From assembly GCA_964057225.1 (NCBI GenBank), contig OZ059899.1, forward strand, positions 3,286,001 through 3,350,000: a stretch of 64,000 nt of DNA, written 5' to 3'. Below are positions 27,501 through 43,300 of the stretch, one piece after another (the first letter of the stretch is position 1; every line of letters starts with the position of its first letter). The translations under genes and the position numbers were made by a program. The notes beneath the pieces were generated by a model. It worked only from the letters and a program-made list of their open reading frames with translations. It ran no database searches and had not been told where the DNA came from. Origin of the DNA: Auanema rhodensis (lineage: Eukaryota > Animalia > Nematoda).

Positions 27501-28419
27501 CCGATTTTCACCCTGAAGAATTAATTTTTTCGTTAAATAACCTTGTCCATCGTCTTTGTCTTGAAAAATAGAATCTTAAAACATCTACTTTTTGCTAAAT
27601 TATTTTGAAATTTTTCGAAAAAATTTTTGTCAAAATGTTTTTGGAAGCAATGTTGAGTGTACATGGAAACTCAACATATACTAATGCATCATTTTTCAAA
27701 CGATCATAACTAATTTTTGTATCAAGTGTTTCTCAATGTAGTATAGTGCATTCGATGCGGATTTTTAAGCTGCGTCGATCTGTGTTATCAGATTTGCGCT
27801 AGCTTAAAAATGCACCGAGATATCAACTGATATAAGTTCACACTTATATCCTCGATTTTCACCCTGAAGAAATAATTTTTTCGTTGAATAACATTGTCCA
27901 TCGTCTTTGCCTTGAAAAAAGGAATCTAAAAACATCTACTTTTTGCTAAATTATTTTGAAATTTTTCGAAAAAATTTTTGTCAAAATGTTTTTGGAAGCA
28001 ATGTTGAGTGTACATGGAAACTCAACATACACTAATGCATCATTTTTCAAACGATCATAACTAATTTTTGTATTAAGCGTTTCTCAATGAAGTATAGTGC
28101 ATTCGATGCGGATTTTTAAGCTGCGTCGATCTGTGTTTTCAGATTTGCGCTAGCTTAAAAATGCACCGAGATATCAACTGATATATGTTCACACTTATAT
28201 CCTCGATTTTCACCCTGAAGAATTAATTTTTTCGTTGAATAACATTGTCCATCGTCTTTGCCTTGAAAAATGGAATCTAAAAACATCTACTTTTTGCTAA
28301 ATTATTTTGAAATTTTTCGAAAAAATTTTTGTCAAAATGTTTTTGGAAGCAATGTTGAGTGTACATGGAAACTCAACATACACTAATGCATCATTTTTCA
28401 AACGATCATAACTAATTTT
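18592..28419. repeat. 9-mer / 11-mer higher-order repeat, about three copies
   Basis: 88C at 18679, 21838 and 25699 (spacings 3159 and 3861). Order B3-B4-A2-A2-A1-A2-B3-(B4/A2 chimera)-A2; the second copy has an extra A1-A2 dimer. Confidence 0.87.
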
Positions 28420-31400
28420 TGTATTAAGCGTTTCTTAATGTAGTATAGTGCATTCGATGCGGATTTTTAAGCTGCGTCGATCTGTGTTATCAGATTTGCG
28501 CTAGCTTAAAAATGCACCGAGATATCAACTGATATAAGTTCACACTTATATCCTCGATTTTCACCCTGAAGAATTAATTTTTTCGTTGAATAACATTGTC
28601 CATCGTCTTTGCCTTGAAAAATGGAATCTAAAAACACCTACTTTTTGCTAAATTATTTTGAAATTTTTCGAAAAAATTTTTGTCAAAATGTTTTTGGAAG
28701 CAATGTTGAGTGTACATGGAAACTCAACATACACTAATGCATCATTTTTCAAACGATCATAACTAATTTTTGTATTAAGCGTTTCTCAATGTAGTATAGT
28801 GCATTCGATGCGGATTTTCAAGCTGCGTCGATCTGTGTTATCAGATTTGCGCTAGCTTAAAAATGCACCGAGATATCAACTGATATAAGTTCACACATAT
28901 ATACCCGATTTTCACCCTGAAGAATTAATTTTTTCGTTAAATAACCTTGTCCATCGTTTTTGTCTTAAAAAATAGAATCTAAAAACATCTACTTTTTGCT
29001 AAATTATTTTGAAATTTTTCGAAAAAATTTTTGTCAAAATGTTTTTGGAAGCAATGTTGAGTGTACATGGAAACTCAACATACACTAATGCATCATTTTT
29101 CAAACGATCATAACTAATTTTTGTATTAAGCGTTTCTCATTGTAGTATAGTGCATTCGATGCGGATTTTCAAGCTGCGTCGATCTGTGTTATCAGATTTG
29201 CGCTAGCTTAAAAATGCACCGAGATATCAACTGATATAAGTTCACACATATATACCCGATTTTCACCCTGAAGAATTAATTTTTTCGTTAAATAACCTTG
29301 TCCATCGTCTTTGTCTTGAAAAATAGAATCTAAAAACATCTACTTTTTGCTAAATTATTTTGAAATTTTTCGAAAAAATTTTTGTCAAAATGTTTTTGGA
29401 AGCAATGTTGAGTGTACATGGAAACTCAACATACACTAATGCATCATTTTTCAAACGATCATAACTAATTTTTGTATTAAGCGTTTCTTAATGTAGTATA
29501 GTGCATTCGATGCGGATTTTTAAGCTGCGTCGATCTGTGTTATCAGATTTGCGCTAGCTTAAAAATGCACCGAGATATCAACTGATATAAGTTCACACTT
29601 ATATCCTCGATTTTCACCCTGAAGAATTAATTTTTTCGTTGAATAACATTGTCCATCGTCTTTGCCTTGAAAAATGGAATCTAAAAACACCTACTTTTTG
29701 CTAAATTATTTTGAAATTTTTCGAAAAAATTTTTGTCAAAATGTTTTTGGAAGCAATGTTGAGTGTACATGGAAACTCAACATACACTAATGCATCATTT
29801 TTCAAACGATCATAACTAATTTTTGTATTAAGCGTTTCTCAATGTAGTATAGTGCATTCGATGCGGATTTTCAAGCTGCGTCGATCTGTGTTATCAGATT
29901 TGCGCTAGCTTAAAAATGCACCGAGATATCAACTGATATAAGTTCACACATATATACCCGATTTTCACCCTGAAGAATTAATTTTTTCGTTAAATAACCT
30001 TGTCCATCGTTTTTGTCTTAAAAAATAGAATCTAAAAACATCTACTTTTTGCTAAATTATTTTGAAATTTTTCGAAAAAATTTTTGTCAAAATGTTTTTG
30101 GAAGCAATGTTGAGTGTACATGGAAACTCAACATACACTAATGCATCATTTTTCAAACGATCATAACTAATTTTTGTATTAAGCGTTTCTCAATGTAGTA
30201 TAGTGCATTCGATGCGGATTTTCAAGCTGCGTCGATCTGTGTTATCAGATTTGCGCTAGCTTAAAAATGCACCGAGATATCAACTGATATAAGTTCACAC
30301 TTATATCCTCGATTTTCACCCTGAAGAATTAATTTTTTCGTTGAATAACATTGTCCATCGTCTTTGCCTTGAAAAATGGAATCTAAAAACACCTACTTTT
30401 TGCTAAATTATTTTGAAATTTTTCGAAAAAATTTTTGTCAAAATGTTTTTGGAAGCAATGTTGAGTGTACATGGAAACTCAACATACACTAATGCATCAT
30501 TTTTCAAACGATCATAACTAATTTTTGTATTAAGCGTTTCTCAATGTAGTATAGTGCATTCGATGCGGATTTTCAAGCTGCGTCGATCTGTGTTATCAGA
30601 TTTGCGCTAGCTTAAAAATGCACCGAGATATCAACTGATATAAGTTCACACATATATACCCGATTTTCACCCTGAAGAATTAATTTTTTCGTTAAATAAC
30701 CTTGTCCATCGTTTTTGTCTTAAAAAATAGAATCTAAAAACATCTACTTTTTGCTAAATTATTTTGAAATTTTTCGAAAAAATTTTTGTCAAAATGTTTT
30801 TGGAAGCAATGTTGAGTGTACATGGAAACTCAACATACACTAATGCATCATTTTTCAAACGATCATAACTAATTTTTGTATTAAGCGTTTCTCATTGTAG
30901 TATAGTGCATTCGATGCGGATTTTCAAGCTGCGTCGATCTGTGTTATCAGATTTGCGCTAGCTTAAAAATGCACCGAGATATCAACTGATATAAGTTCAC
31001 ACATATATACCCGATTTTCACCCTGAAGAATTAATTTTTTCGTTAAATAACCTTGTCCATCGTCTTTGTCTTGAAAAATAGAATCTAAAAACATCTACTT
31101 TTTGCTAAATTATTTTGAAATTTTTCGAAAAAATTTTTGTCAAAATGTTTTTGGAAGCAATGTTGAGTGTACATGGAAACTCAACATATACTAATGCATC
31201 ATTTTTCAAACGATCATAACTAATTTTTGTATCAAGTGTTTCTCAATGTAGTATAGTGCATTCGATGCGGATTCTTAAGCTGCGTCGATCTGTGTTATCA
31301 GATTTGCGCTAGCTTAAAAATGCACCGAGATATCAACTGATATAAGTTCACACATATATACCCGATTTTCACCCTGAAGAATTAATTTTTTCGTTAAATA

Positions 31401-32982
31401 ACCTTGTCCATCGTTTTTGTCTTAAAAAATAGAATCTAAAAACATCTACTTTTTGCTAAATTATTTTGAAATTTTTCGAAAAAATTTTTGTCAAAATGTT
31501 TTTGGAAGCAATGTTGAGTGTACATGGAAACTCAACATACACTAATGCATCATTTTTCAAACGATCATAACTAATTTTTGTATTAAGCGTTTTTCAATGT
31601 AGTATAGTGCATTCGATGCGGATTTTCAAGCTGCGTCGATCTGTGTTATCAGATTTGCGCTAGCTTAAAAATGCACCGAGATATCAACTGATATAAGTTC
31701 ACACATATATACCCGATTTTCACCCTGAAGAATTAATTTTTTCGTTAAATAACCTTGTCCATCGTTTTTGTCTTAAAAAATAGAATCTAAAAACATCTAC
31801 TTTTTGCTAAATTATTTTGAAATTTTTCGAAAAAATTTTTGTCAAAATGTTTTTGGAAGCAATGTTGAGTGTACATGGAAACTCAACATACACTAATGCA
31901 TCATTTTTCAAACGATCATAACTAATTTTTGTATTAAGCGTTTCTCATTGTAGTATAGTGCATTCGATGCGGATTTTCAAGCTGCGTCGATCTGTGTTAT
32001 CAGATTTGCGCTAGCTTAAAAATGCACCGAGATATCAACTGATATAAGTTCACACATATATACCCGATTTTCACCCTGAAGAATTAATTTTTTCGTTAAA
32101 TAACCTTGTCCATCGTCTTTGTCTTGAAAAATAGAATCTTAAAACATCTACTTTTTGCTAAATTATTTTGAAATTTTTCGAAAAAATTTTTGTCAAAATG
32201 TTTTTGGAAGCAATGTTGAGTGTACATGGAAACTCAACATATACTAATGCATCATTTTTCAAACGATCATAACTAATTTTTGTATCAAGTGTTTCTCAAT
32301 GTAGTATAGTGCATTCGATGCGGATTTTCAAGCTGCGTCGATCTGTGTTATCAGATTTGCGCTAGCTTAAAAATGCACCGAGATATCAACTGATATAAGT
32401 TCACACATATATACCCGATTTTCACCCTGAAGAATTAATTTTTTCGTTAAATAACCTTGTCCATCGTCTTTGTCTTGAAAAATAGAATCTTAAAACATCT
32501 ACTTTTTGCTAAATTATTTTGAAATTTTTCGAAAAAATTTTTGTCAAAATGTTTTTGGAAGCAATGTTGAGTGTACATGGAAACTCAACATATACTAATG
32601 CATCATTTTTCAAACGATCATAACTAATTTTTGTATTAAGCGTTTCTCATTGTAGTATAGTGCATTCGATGCGGATTTTCAAGCTGCGTCGATCTGTGTT
32701 ATCAGATTTGCGCTAGCTTAAAAATGCACCGAGATATCAACTGATATAAGTTCACACATATATACCCGATTTTCACCCTGAAGAATTAATTTTTTCGTTA
32801 AATAACCTTGTCCATCGTCTTTGTCTTGAAAAATAGAATCTTAAAACATCTACTTTTTGCTAAATTATTTTGAAATTTTTCGAAAAAATTTTTGTCAAAA
32901 TGTTTTTGGAAGCAATGTTGAGTGTACATGGAAACTCAACATATACTAATGCATCATTTTTCAAACGATCATAACTAATTTT

Positions 32983-35900
32983 TGTATCAAGTGTTTCTCA
33001 ATGTAGTATAGTGCATTCGATGCGGATTTTTAAGCTGCGTCGATCTGTGTTATCAGATTTGCGCTAGCTTAAAAATGCACCGAGATATCAACTGATATAA
33101 GTTCACACTTATATCCTCGATTTTCACCCTGAAGAAATAATTTTTTCGTTGAATAACATTGTCCATCGTCTTTGCCTTGAAAAAAGGAATCTAAAAACAT
33201 CTACTTTTTGCTAAATTATTTTGAAATTTTTCGAAAAAATTTTTGTCAAAATGTTTTTGGAAGCAATGTTGAGTGTACATGGAAACTCAACATACACTAA
33301 TGCATCATTTTTCAAACGATCATAACTAATTTTTGTATTAAGCGTTTCTCAATGAAGTATAGTGCATTCGATGCGGATTTTTAAGCTGCGTCGATCTGTG
33401 TTTTCAGATTTGCGCTAGCTTAAAAATGCACCGAGATATCAACTGATATATGTTCACACTTATATCCTCGATTTTCACCCTGAAGAATTAATTTTTTCGT
33501 TGAATAACATTGTCCATCGTCTTTGCCTTGAAAAATGGAATCTAAAAACATCTACTTTTTGCTAAATTATTTTGAAATTTTTCGAAAAAATTTTTGTCAA
33601 AATGTTTTTGGAAGCAATGTTGAGTGTACATGGAAACTCAACATACACTAATGCATCATTTTTCAAACGATCATAACTAATTTTTGTATTAAGCGTTTCT
33701 TAATGTAGTATAGTGCATTCGATGCGGATTTTTAAGCTGCGTCGATCTGTGTTATCAGATTTGCGCTAGCTTAAAAATGCACCGAGATATCAACTGATAT
33801 AAGTTCACACTTATATCCTCGATTTTCACCCTGAAGAATTAATTTTTTCGTTGAATAACATTGTCCATCGTCTTTGCCTTGAAAAATGGAATCTAAAAAC
33901 ACCTACTTTTTGCTAAATTATTTTGAAATTTTTCGAAAAAATTTTTGTCAAAATGTTTTTGGAAGCAATGTTGAGTGTACATGGAAACTCAACATACACT
34001 AATGCATCATTTTTCAAACGATCATAACTAATTTTTGTATTAAGCGTTTCTCAATGTAGTATAGTGCATTCGATGCGGATTTTCAAGCTGCGTCGATCTG
34101 TGTTATCAGATTTGCGCTAGCTTAAAAATGCACCGAGATATCAACTGATATAAGTTCACACATATATACCCGATTTTCACCCTGAAGAATTAATTTTTTC
34201 GTTAAATAACCTTGTCCATCGTTTTTGTCTTAAAAAATAGAATCTAAAAACATCTACTTTTTGCTAAATTATTTTGAAATTTTTCGAAAAAATTTTTGTC
34301 AAAATGTTTTTGGAAGCAATGTTGAGTGTACATGGAAACTCAACATACACTAATGCATCATTTTTCAAACGATCATAACTAATTTTTGTATTAAGCGTTT
34401 CTCATTGTAGTATAGTGCATTCGATGCGGATTTTCAAGCTGCGTCGATCTGTGTTATCAGATTTGCGCTAGCTTAAAAATGCACCGAGATATCAACTGAT
34501 ATAAGTTCACACATATATACCCGATTTTCACCCTGAAGAATTAATTTTTTCGTTAAATAACCTTGTCCATCGTCTTTGTCTTGAAAAATAGAATCTTAAA
34601 ACATCTACTTTTTGCTAAATTATTTTGAAATTTTTCGAAAAAATTTTTGTCAAAATGTTTTTGGAAGCAATGTTGAGTGTACATGGAAACTCAACATATA
34701 CTAATGCATCATTTTTCAAACGATCATAACTAATTTTTGTATCAAGTGTTTCTCAATGTAGTATAGTGCATTCGATGCGGATTTTCAAGCTGCGTCGATC
34801 TGTGTTATCAGATTTGCGCTAGCTTAAAAATGCACCGAGATATCAACTGATATAAGTTCACACATATATACCCGATTTTCACCCTGAAGAATTAATTTTT
34901 TCGTTTAATAACCTTGTTCATCGTCTTTGTCTTGAAAAATAGAATCTTAAAACATCTACTTTTTGCTAAATTATTTTGAAATTTTTCGAAAAAATTTTTG
35001 TCAAAATGTTTTTGGAAGCAATGTTGAGTGTACATGGAAACTCAACATATACTAATGCATCATTTTTCAAACGATCATAACTAATTTTTGTATCAAGTGT
35101 TTCTCAATGTAGTATAGTGCATTCGATGCGGATTTTTAAGCTGCGTCGATCTGTGTTATCAGATTTGCGCTAGCTTAAAAATGCACCGAGATATCAACTG
35201 ATATAAGTTCACACTTATATCCTCGATTTTCACCCTGAAGAAATAATTTTTTCGTTGAATAACATTGTCCATCGTCTTTGCCTTGAAAAAAGGAATCTAA
35301 AAACATCTACTTTTTGCTAAATTATTTTGAAATTTTTCGAAAAAATTTTTGTCAAAATGTTTTTGGAAGCAATGTTGAGTGTACATGGAAACTCAACATA
35401 CACTAATGCATCATTTTTCAAACGATCATAACTAATTTTTGTATTAAGCGTTTCTCAATGAAGTATAGTGCATTCGATGCGGATTTTTAAGCTGCGTCGA
35501 TCTGTGTTTTCAGATTTGCGCTAGCTTAAAAATGCACCGAGATATCAACTGATATATGTTCACACTTATATCCTCGATTTTCACCCTGAAGAATTAATTT
35601 TTTCGTTGAATAACATTGTCCATCGTCTTTGCCTTGAAAAATGGAATCTAAAAACATCTACTTTTTGCTAAATTATTTTGAAATTTTTCGAAAAAATTTT
35701 TGTCAAAATGTTTTTGGAAGCAATGTTGAGTGTACATGGAAACTCAACATACACTAATGCATCATTTTTCAAACGATCATAACTAATTTTTGTATCAAGC
35801 GTTTCTTAATGTAGTATAGTGCATTCGATGCGGATTTTTAAGCTGCGTCGATCTGTGTTATCAGATTTGCGCTAGCTTAAAAATGCACCGAGATATCAAC

Positions 35901-36843
35901 TGATATAAGTTCACACTTATATCCTCGATTTTCACCCTGAAGAATTAATTTTTTCGTTGAATAACATTGTCCATCGTCTTTGCCTCGAAAAATGGAATCT
36001 AAAAACACCTACTTTTTGCTAAATTATTTTGAAATTTTTCGAAAAAATTTTTGTCAAAATGTTTTTGGAAGCAATGTTGAGTGTACATGGAAACTCAACA
36101 TACACTAATGCATCATTTTTCAAACGATCATAACTAATTTTTGTATTAAGCGTTTCTCAATGTAGTATAGTGCATTCGATGCGGATTTTCAAGCTGCGTC
36201 GATCTGTGTTATCAGATTTGCGCTAGCTTAAAAATGCACCGAGATATCAACTGATATAAGTTCACACATATATACCCGATTTTCACCCTGAAGAATTAAT
36301 TTTTTCGTTAAATAACCTTGTCCATCGTTTTTGTCTTAAAAAATAGAATCTAAAAACATCTACTTTTTGCTAAATTATTTTGAAATTTTTCGAAAAAATT
36401 TTTGTCAAAATGTTTTTGGAAGCAATGTTGAGTGTACATGGAAACTCAACATACACTAATGCATCATTTTTCAAACGATCATAACTAATTTTTGTATTAA
36501 GCGTTTCTCATTGTAGTATAGTGCATTCGATGCGGATTTTCAAGCTGCGTCGATCTGTGTTATCAGATTTGCGCTAGCTTAAAAATGCACCGAGATATCA
36601 ACTGATATAAGTTCACACATATATACCCGATTTTCACCCTGAAGAATTAATTTTTTCGTTAAATAACCTTGTCCATCGTCTTTGTCTTGAAAAATAGAAT
36701 CTAAAAACATCTACTTTTTGCTAAATTATTTTGAAATTTTTCGAAAAAATTTTTGTCAAAATGTTTTTGGAAGCAATGTTGAGTGTACATGGAAACTCAA
36801 CATACACTAATGCATCATTTTTCAAACGATCATAACTAATTTT
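32983..36843. repeat. 6-mer unit B3-B4-B1-A1-A2-A2 and a partial second copy
   Basis: n95-100 and n101-105 share order and the 17T and 19T markers. Confidence 0.78.
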
Positions 36844-39300
36844 TGTATTAAGCGTTTCTTAATGTAGTATAGTGCATTCGATGCGGATTTTTAAGCTGCG
36901 TCGATCTGTGTTATCAGATTTGCGCTAGCTTAAAAATGCACCGAGATATCAACTGATATAAGTTCACACTTATATCCTCGATTTTCACCCTGAAGAATTA
37001 ATTTTTTCGTTAAATAACCTTGTCCATCGTTTTTGTCTTAAAAAATAGAATCTAAAAACATCTACTTTTTGCTAAATTATTTTGAAATTTTTCGAAAAAA
37101 TTTTTGTCAAAATGTTTTTGGAAGCAATGTTGAGTGTACATGGAAACTCAACATACACTAATGCATCATTTTTCAAACGATCATAACTAATTTTTGTATT
37201 AAGCGTTTCTCATTGTAGTATAGTGCATTCGATGCGGATTTTCAAGCTGCGTCGATCTGTGTTATCAGATTTGCGCTAGCTTAAAAATGCACCGAGATAT
37301 CAACTGATATAAGTTCACACATATATACCCGATTTTCACCCTGAAGAATTAATTTTTTCGTTAAATAACCTTGTCCATCGTCTTTGTCTTGAAAAATAGA
37401 ATCTAAAAACATCTACTTTTTGCTAAATTATTTTGAAATTTTTCGAAAAAATTTTTGTCAAAATGTTTTTGGAAGCAATGTTGAGTGTACATGGAAACTC
37501 AACATATACTAATGCATCATTTTTCAAACGATCATAACTAATTTTTGTATCAAGTGTTTCTCAATGTAGTATAGTGCATTCGATGCGGATTCTTAAGCTG
37601 CGTCGATCTGTGTTATCAGATTTGCGCTAGCTTAAAAATGCACCGAGATATCAACTGATATAAGTTCACACATATATACCCGATTTTCACCCTGAAGAAT
37701 TAATTTTTTCGTTAAATAACCTTGTCCATCGTTTTTGTCTTAAAAAATAGAATCTAAAAACATCTACTTTTTGCTAAATTATTTTGAAATTTTTCGAAAA
37801 AATTTTTGTCAAAATGTTTTTGGAAGCAATGTTGAGTGTACATGGAAACTCAACATACACTAATGCATCATTTTTCAAACGATCATAACTAATTTTTGTA
37901 TTAAGCGTTTCTCATTGTAGTATAGTGCATTCGATGCGGATTTTCAAGCTGCGTCGATCTGTGTTATCAGATTTGCGCTAGCTTAAAAATGCACCGAGAT
38001 ATCAACTGATATAAGTTCACACATATATACCCGATTTTCACCCTGAAGAATTAATTTTTTCGTTAAATAACCTTGTCCATCGTCTTTGTCTTGAAAAATA
38101 GAATCTAAAAACATCTACTTTTTGCTAAATTATTTTGAAATTTTTCGAAAAAATTTTTGTCAAAATGTTTTTGGAAGCAATGTTGAGTGTACATGGAAAC
38201 TCAACATACACTAATGCATCATTTTTCAAACGATCATAACTAATTTTTGTATTAAGCGTTTCTTAATGTAGTATAGTGCATTCGATGCGGATTTTTAAGC
38301 TGCGTCGATCTGTGTTATCAGATTTGCGCTAGCTTAAAAATGCACCGAGATATCAACTGATATAAGTTCACACTTATATCCTCGATTTTCACCCTGAAGA
38401 ATTAATTTTTTCGTTAAATAACCTTGTCCATCGTTTTTGTCTTAAAAAATAGAATCTAAAAACATCTACTTTTTGCTAAATTATTTTGAAATTTTTCGAA
38501 AAAATTTTTGTCAAAATGTTTTTGGAAGCAATGTTGAGTGTACATGGAAACTCAACATACACTAATGCATCATTTTTCAAACGATCATAACTAATTTTTG
38601 TATTAAGCGTTTCTCATTGTAGTATAGTGCATTCGATGCGGATTTTCAAGCTGCGTCGATCTGTGTTATCAGATTTGCGCTAGCTTAAAAATGCACCGAG
38701 ATATCAACTGATATAAGTTCACACATATATACCCGATTTTCACCCTGAAGAATTAATTTTTTCGTTAAATAACCTTGTCCATCGTCTTTGTCTTGAAAAA
38801 TAGAATCTAAAAACATCTACTTTTTGCTAAATTATTTTGAAATTTTTCGAAAAAATTTTTGTCAAAATGTTTTTGGAAGCAATGTTGAGTGTACATGGAA
38901 ACTCAACATATACTAATGCATCATTTTTCAAACGATCATAACTAATTTTTGTATCAAGTGTTTCTCAATGTAGTATAGTGCATTCGATGCGGATTCTTAA
39001 GCTGCGTCGATCTGTGTTATCAGATTTGCGCTAGCTTAAAAATGCACCGAGATATCAACTGATATAAGTTCACACATATATACCCGATTTTCACCCTGAA
39101 GAATTAATTTTTTCGTTAAATAACCTTGTCCATCGTTTTTGTCTTAAAAAATAGAATCTAAAAACATCTACTTTTTGCTAAATTATTTTGAAATTTTTCG
39201 AAAAAATTTTTGTCAAAATGTTTTTGGAAGCAATGTTGAGTGTACATGGAAACTCAACATACACTAATGCATCATTTTTCAAACGATCATAACTAATTTT
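36493..39300. repeat. 4-mer (1404 bp) tandem duplication
   Basis: n105-108 match n109-112; 47C at 37592 and 38996; the 17T B/A chimera starts at 36844 and 38248. Confidence 0.9.
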
Positions 39301-40353
39301 TGTATTAAGCGTTTCTCAATGTAGTATAGTGCATTCGATGCGGATTTTCAAGCTGCGTCGATCTGTGTTATCAGATTTGCGCTAGCTTAAAAATGCACCG
39401 AGATATCAACTGATATAAGTTCACACATATATACCCGATTTTCACCCTGAAGAATTAATTTTTTCGTTAAATAACCTTGTCCATCGTTTTTGTCTTAAAA
39501 AATAGAATCTAAAAACATCTACTTTTTGCTAAATTATTTTGAAATTTTTCGAAAAAATTTTTGTCAAAATGTTTTTGGAAGCAATGTTGAGTGTACATGG
39601 AAACTCAACATACACTAATGCATCATTTTTCAAACGATCATAACTAATTTTTGTATTAAGCGTTTCTCAATGTAGTATAGTGCATTCGATGCGGATTTTC
39701 AAGCTGCGTCGATCTGTGTTATCAGATTTGAGCTAGCTTAAAAATGCACCGAGATATCAACTGATATAAGTTCACACATATATACCCGATTTTCACCCTG
39801 AAGAATTAATTTTTTCGTTAAATAACCTTGTCCATCGTCTTTGTCTTGAAAAATAGAATCTAAAAACATCTACTTTTTGCTAAATTATTTTGAAATTTTT
39901 CGAAAAAATTTTTGTCAAAATGTTTTTGGAAGCAATGTTGAGTGTACATGGAAACTCAACATATACTAATGCATCATTTTTCAAACGATCATAACTAATT
40001 TTTGTATTAAGCGTTTCTCAATGTAGTATAGTGCATTCGATGCGGATTTTCAAGCTGCGTCGATCTGTGTTATCAGATTTGCGCTAGCTTAAAAATGCAC
40101 CGAGATATCAACTGATATAAGTTCACACATATATACCCGATTTTCACCCTGAAGAATTAATTTTTTCGTTAAATAACCTTGTCCATCGTCTTTGTCTTGA
40201 AAAATAAAATCTAAAAACATCTACTTTTTGCTAAATTATTTTGAAATTTTTCGAAAAAATTTTTGTCAAAATGTTTTTGGAAGCAATGTTGAGTGTACAT
40301 GGAAACTCAACATATACTAATGCATCATTTTTCAAACGATCATAACTAATTTT

Positions 40354-43300
40354 TGTATCAAGTGTTTCTCAATGTAGTATAGTGCATTCGATGCGGATTT
40401 TTAAGCTGCGTCGATCTGTGTTATCAGATTTGCGCTAGCTTAAAAATGCACCGAGATATCAACTGATATAAGTTCACACTTATATCCTCGATTTTCACCC
40501 TGAAGAATTAATTTTTTCGTTGAATAACATTGTCTATCGTCTTTGCCTTGAGAAATGGAATCTAAAAACATCTACTTTTTGCTAAATTATTTTGAAATTT
40601 TTCGAAAAAATTTTTGTCAAAATGTTTTTGGAAGCAATGTTGAGTGTACATGGAAACTCAACATACACTAATGCATCATTTTTCAAACGATCATAACTAA
40701 TTTTTGTATTAAGCGTTTCTCAATGTAGTATAGTGCATTCGATGCGGATTTTCAAGCTGCGTCGATCTGTGTTATCAGATTTGCGCTAGCTTAAAAATGC
40801 ACCGAGATATCAACTGATATAAGTTCACACATATATACCCGATTTTCACCCTGAAGAATTAATTTTTTCGTTAAATAACCTTGTCCATCGTTTTTGTCTC
40901 AAAAAATAGAATCTAAAAACATCTACTTTTTGCTAAATTATTTTGAAATTTTTCGAAAAAATTTTTGTCAAAATGTTTTTGGAAGCAATGTTGAGTGTAC
41001 AAGGAAACTCAACATACACTAATGCATCATTTTTCAAACGATCATAACTAATTTTTGTATTAAGCGTTTCTCAATGTAGTATAGTGCATTCGATGCGGAT
41101 TTTCAAGCTGCGTCGATCTGTGTTATCAGATTTGCGCTAGCTTAAAAATGCACCGAGATATCAACTGATATAAGTTCACACATATATACCCGATTTTCAC
41201 CCTGAAGAATTAATTTTTTCGTTAAATAACCTTGTCCATCGTCTTTGTCTTGAAAAATAGAATCTAAAAACATCTACTTTTTGCTAAATTATTTTGAAAT
41301 TTTTCGAAAAAATTTTTGTCAAAATGTTTTTGGAAGCAATGTTGAGTGTACATGGAAACTCAACATACACTAATGCATCATTTTTCAAACGATCATAACT
41401 AATTTTTGTATTAAGCGTTTCTCATTGTAGTATAGTGCATTCGATGCGGATTTTCAAGCTGCGTCGATCTGTGTTATCAGATTTGCGCTAGCTTAAAAAT
41501 GCACCGAGATATCAACTGATATAAGTTCACACATATATACCCGATTTTCACCCTGAAGAATTAATTTTTTCGTTGAATAACATTGTCTATCGTCTTTGCC
41601 TTGAGAAATGGAATCTAAAAACATCTACTTTTTGCTAAATTATTTTGAAATTTTTCGAAAAAATTTTTGTCAAAATGTTTTTGGAAGCAATGTTGAGTGT
41701 ACATGGAAACTCAACATATACTAATGCATCATTTTTCAAACGATCATAACTAATTTTTGTATCAAGTGTTTCTCAATGTAGTATAGTGCATTCGATGCGG
41801 ATTTTCAAGCTGCGTCGATCTGTGTTATCAGATTTGCGCTAGCTTAAAAATGCACCGAGATATCAACTGATATAAGTTCACACATATATACCCGATTTTC
41901 ACCCTGAAGAATTAATTTTTTCGTTGAATAACATTGTCCATCGTCTTTGCCTTGAAAAAAGGAATCTAAAAACATCTACTTTTTGCTAAATTATTTTGAA
42001 ATTTTTCGAAAAAATTTTTGTCAAAATGTTTTTGGAAGCAATGTTGAGTGTACATGGAAACTCAACATACACTAATGCATCATTTTTCAAACGATCATAA
42101 CTAATTTTTGTATTAAGCGTTTCTCAATGTAGTATAGTGCATTCGATGCGGATTTTCAAGCTGCGTCGATCTGTGTTATCAGATTTGCGCTAGCTTAAAA
42201 ATGCACCGAGATATCAACTGATATAAGTTCACACATATATACCCGATTTTCACCCTGAAGAATTAATTTTTTCGTTAAATAACCTTGTCCATCGTTTTTG
42301 TCTTAAAAAATAGAATCTTAAAACATCTACTTTTTGCTAAATTATTTTGAAATTTTTCGAAAAAATTTTTGTCAAAATGTTTTTGGAAGCAATGTTGAGT
42401 GTACATGGAAACTCAACATACACTAATGCATCATTTTTCAAACGATCATAACTAATTTTTGTATTAAGCGTTTCTCATTGTAGTATAGTGCATTCGATGC
42501 GGATTTTCAAGCTGCGTCGATCTGTGTTATCAGATTTGCGCTAGCTTAAAAATGCACCGAGATATCAACTGATATAAGTTCACACATATATACCCGATTT
42601 TCACCCTGAAGAATTAATTTTTTCGTTAAATAACCTTGTCCATCGTCTTTGTCTTGAAAAATAAAATCTAAAAACATCTACTTTTTGCTAAATTATTTTG
42701 AAATTTTTCGAAAAAATTTTTGTCAAAATGTTTTTGGAAGCAATGTTGAGTGTACATGGAAACTCAACATATACTAATGCATCATTTTTCAAACGATCAT
42801 AACTAATTTTTGTATCAAGTGTTTCTCAATGTAGTATAGTGCATTCGATGCGGATTTTTAAGCTGCGTCGATCTGTGTTATCAGATTTGCGCTAGCTTAA
42901 AAATGCACCGAGATATCAACTGATATAAGTTCACACTTATATCCTCGATTTTCACCCTGAAGAATTAATTTTTTCGTTGAATAACATTGTCTATCGTCTT
43001 TGCCTTGAGAAATGGAATCTAAAAACATCTACTTTTTGCTAAATTATTTTGAAATTTTTCGAAAAAATTTTTGTCAAAATGTTTTTGGAAGCAATGTTGA
43101 GTGTACATGGAAACTCAACATACACTAATGCATCATTTTTCAAACGATCATAACTAATTTTTGTATTAAGCGTTTCTCAATGTAGTATAGTGCATTCGAT
43201 GCGGATTTTCAAGCTGCGTCGATCTGTGTTATCAGATTTGCGCTAGCTTAAAAATGCACCGAGATATCAACTGATATAAGTTCACACATATATACCCGAT

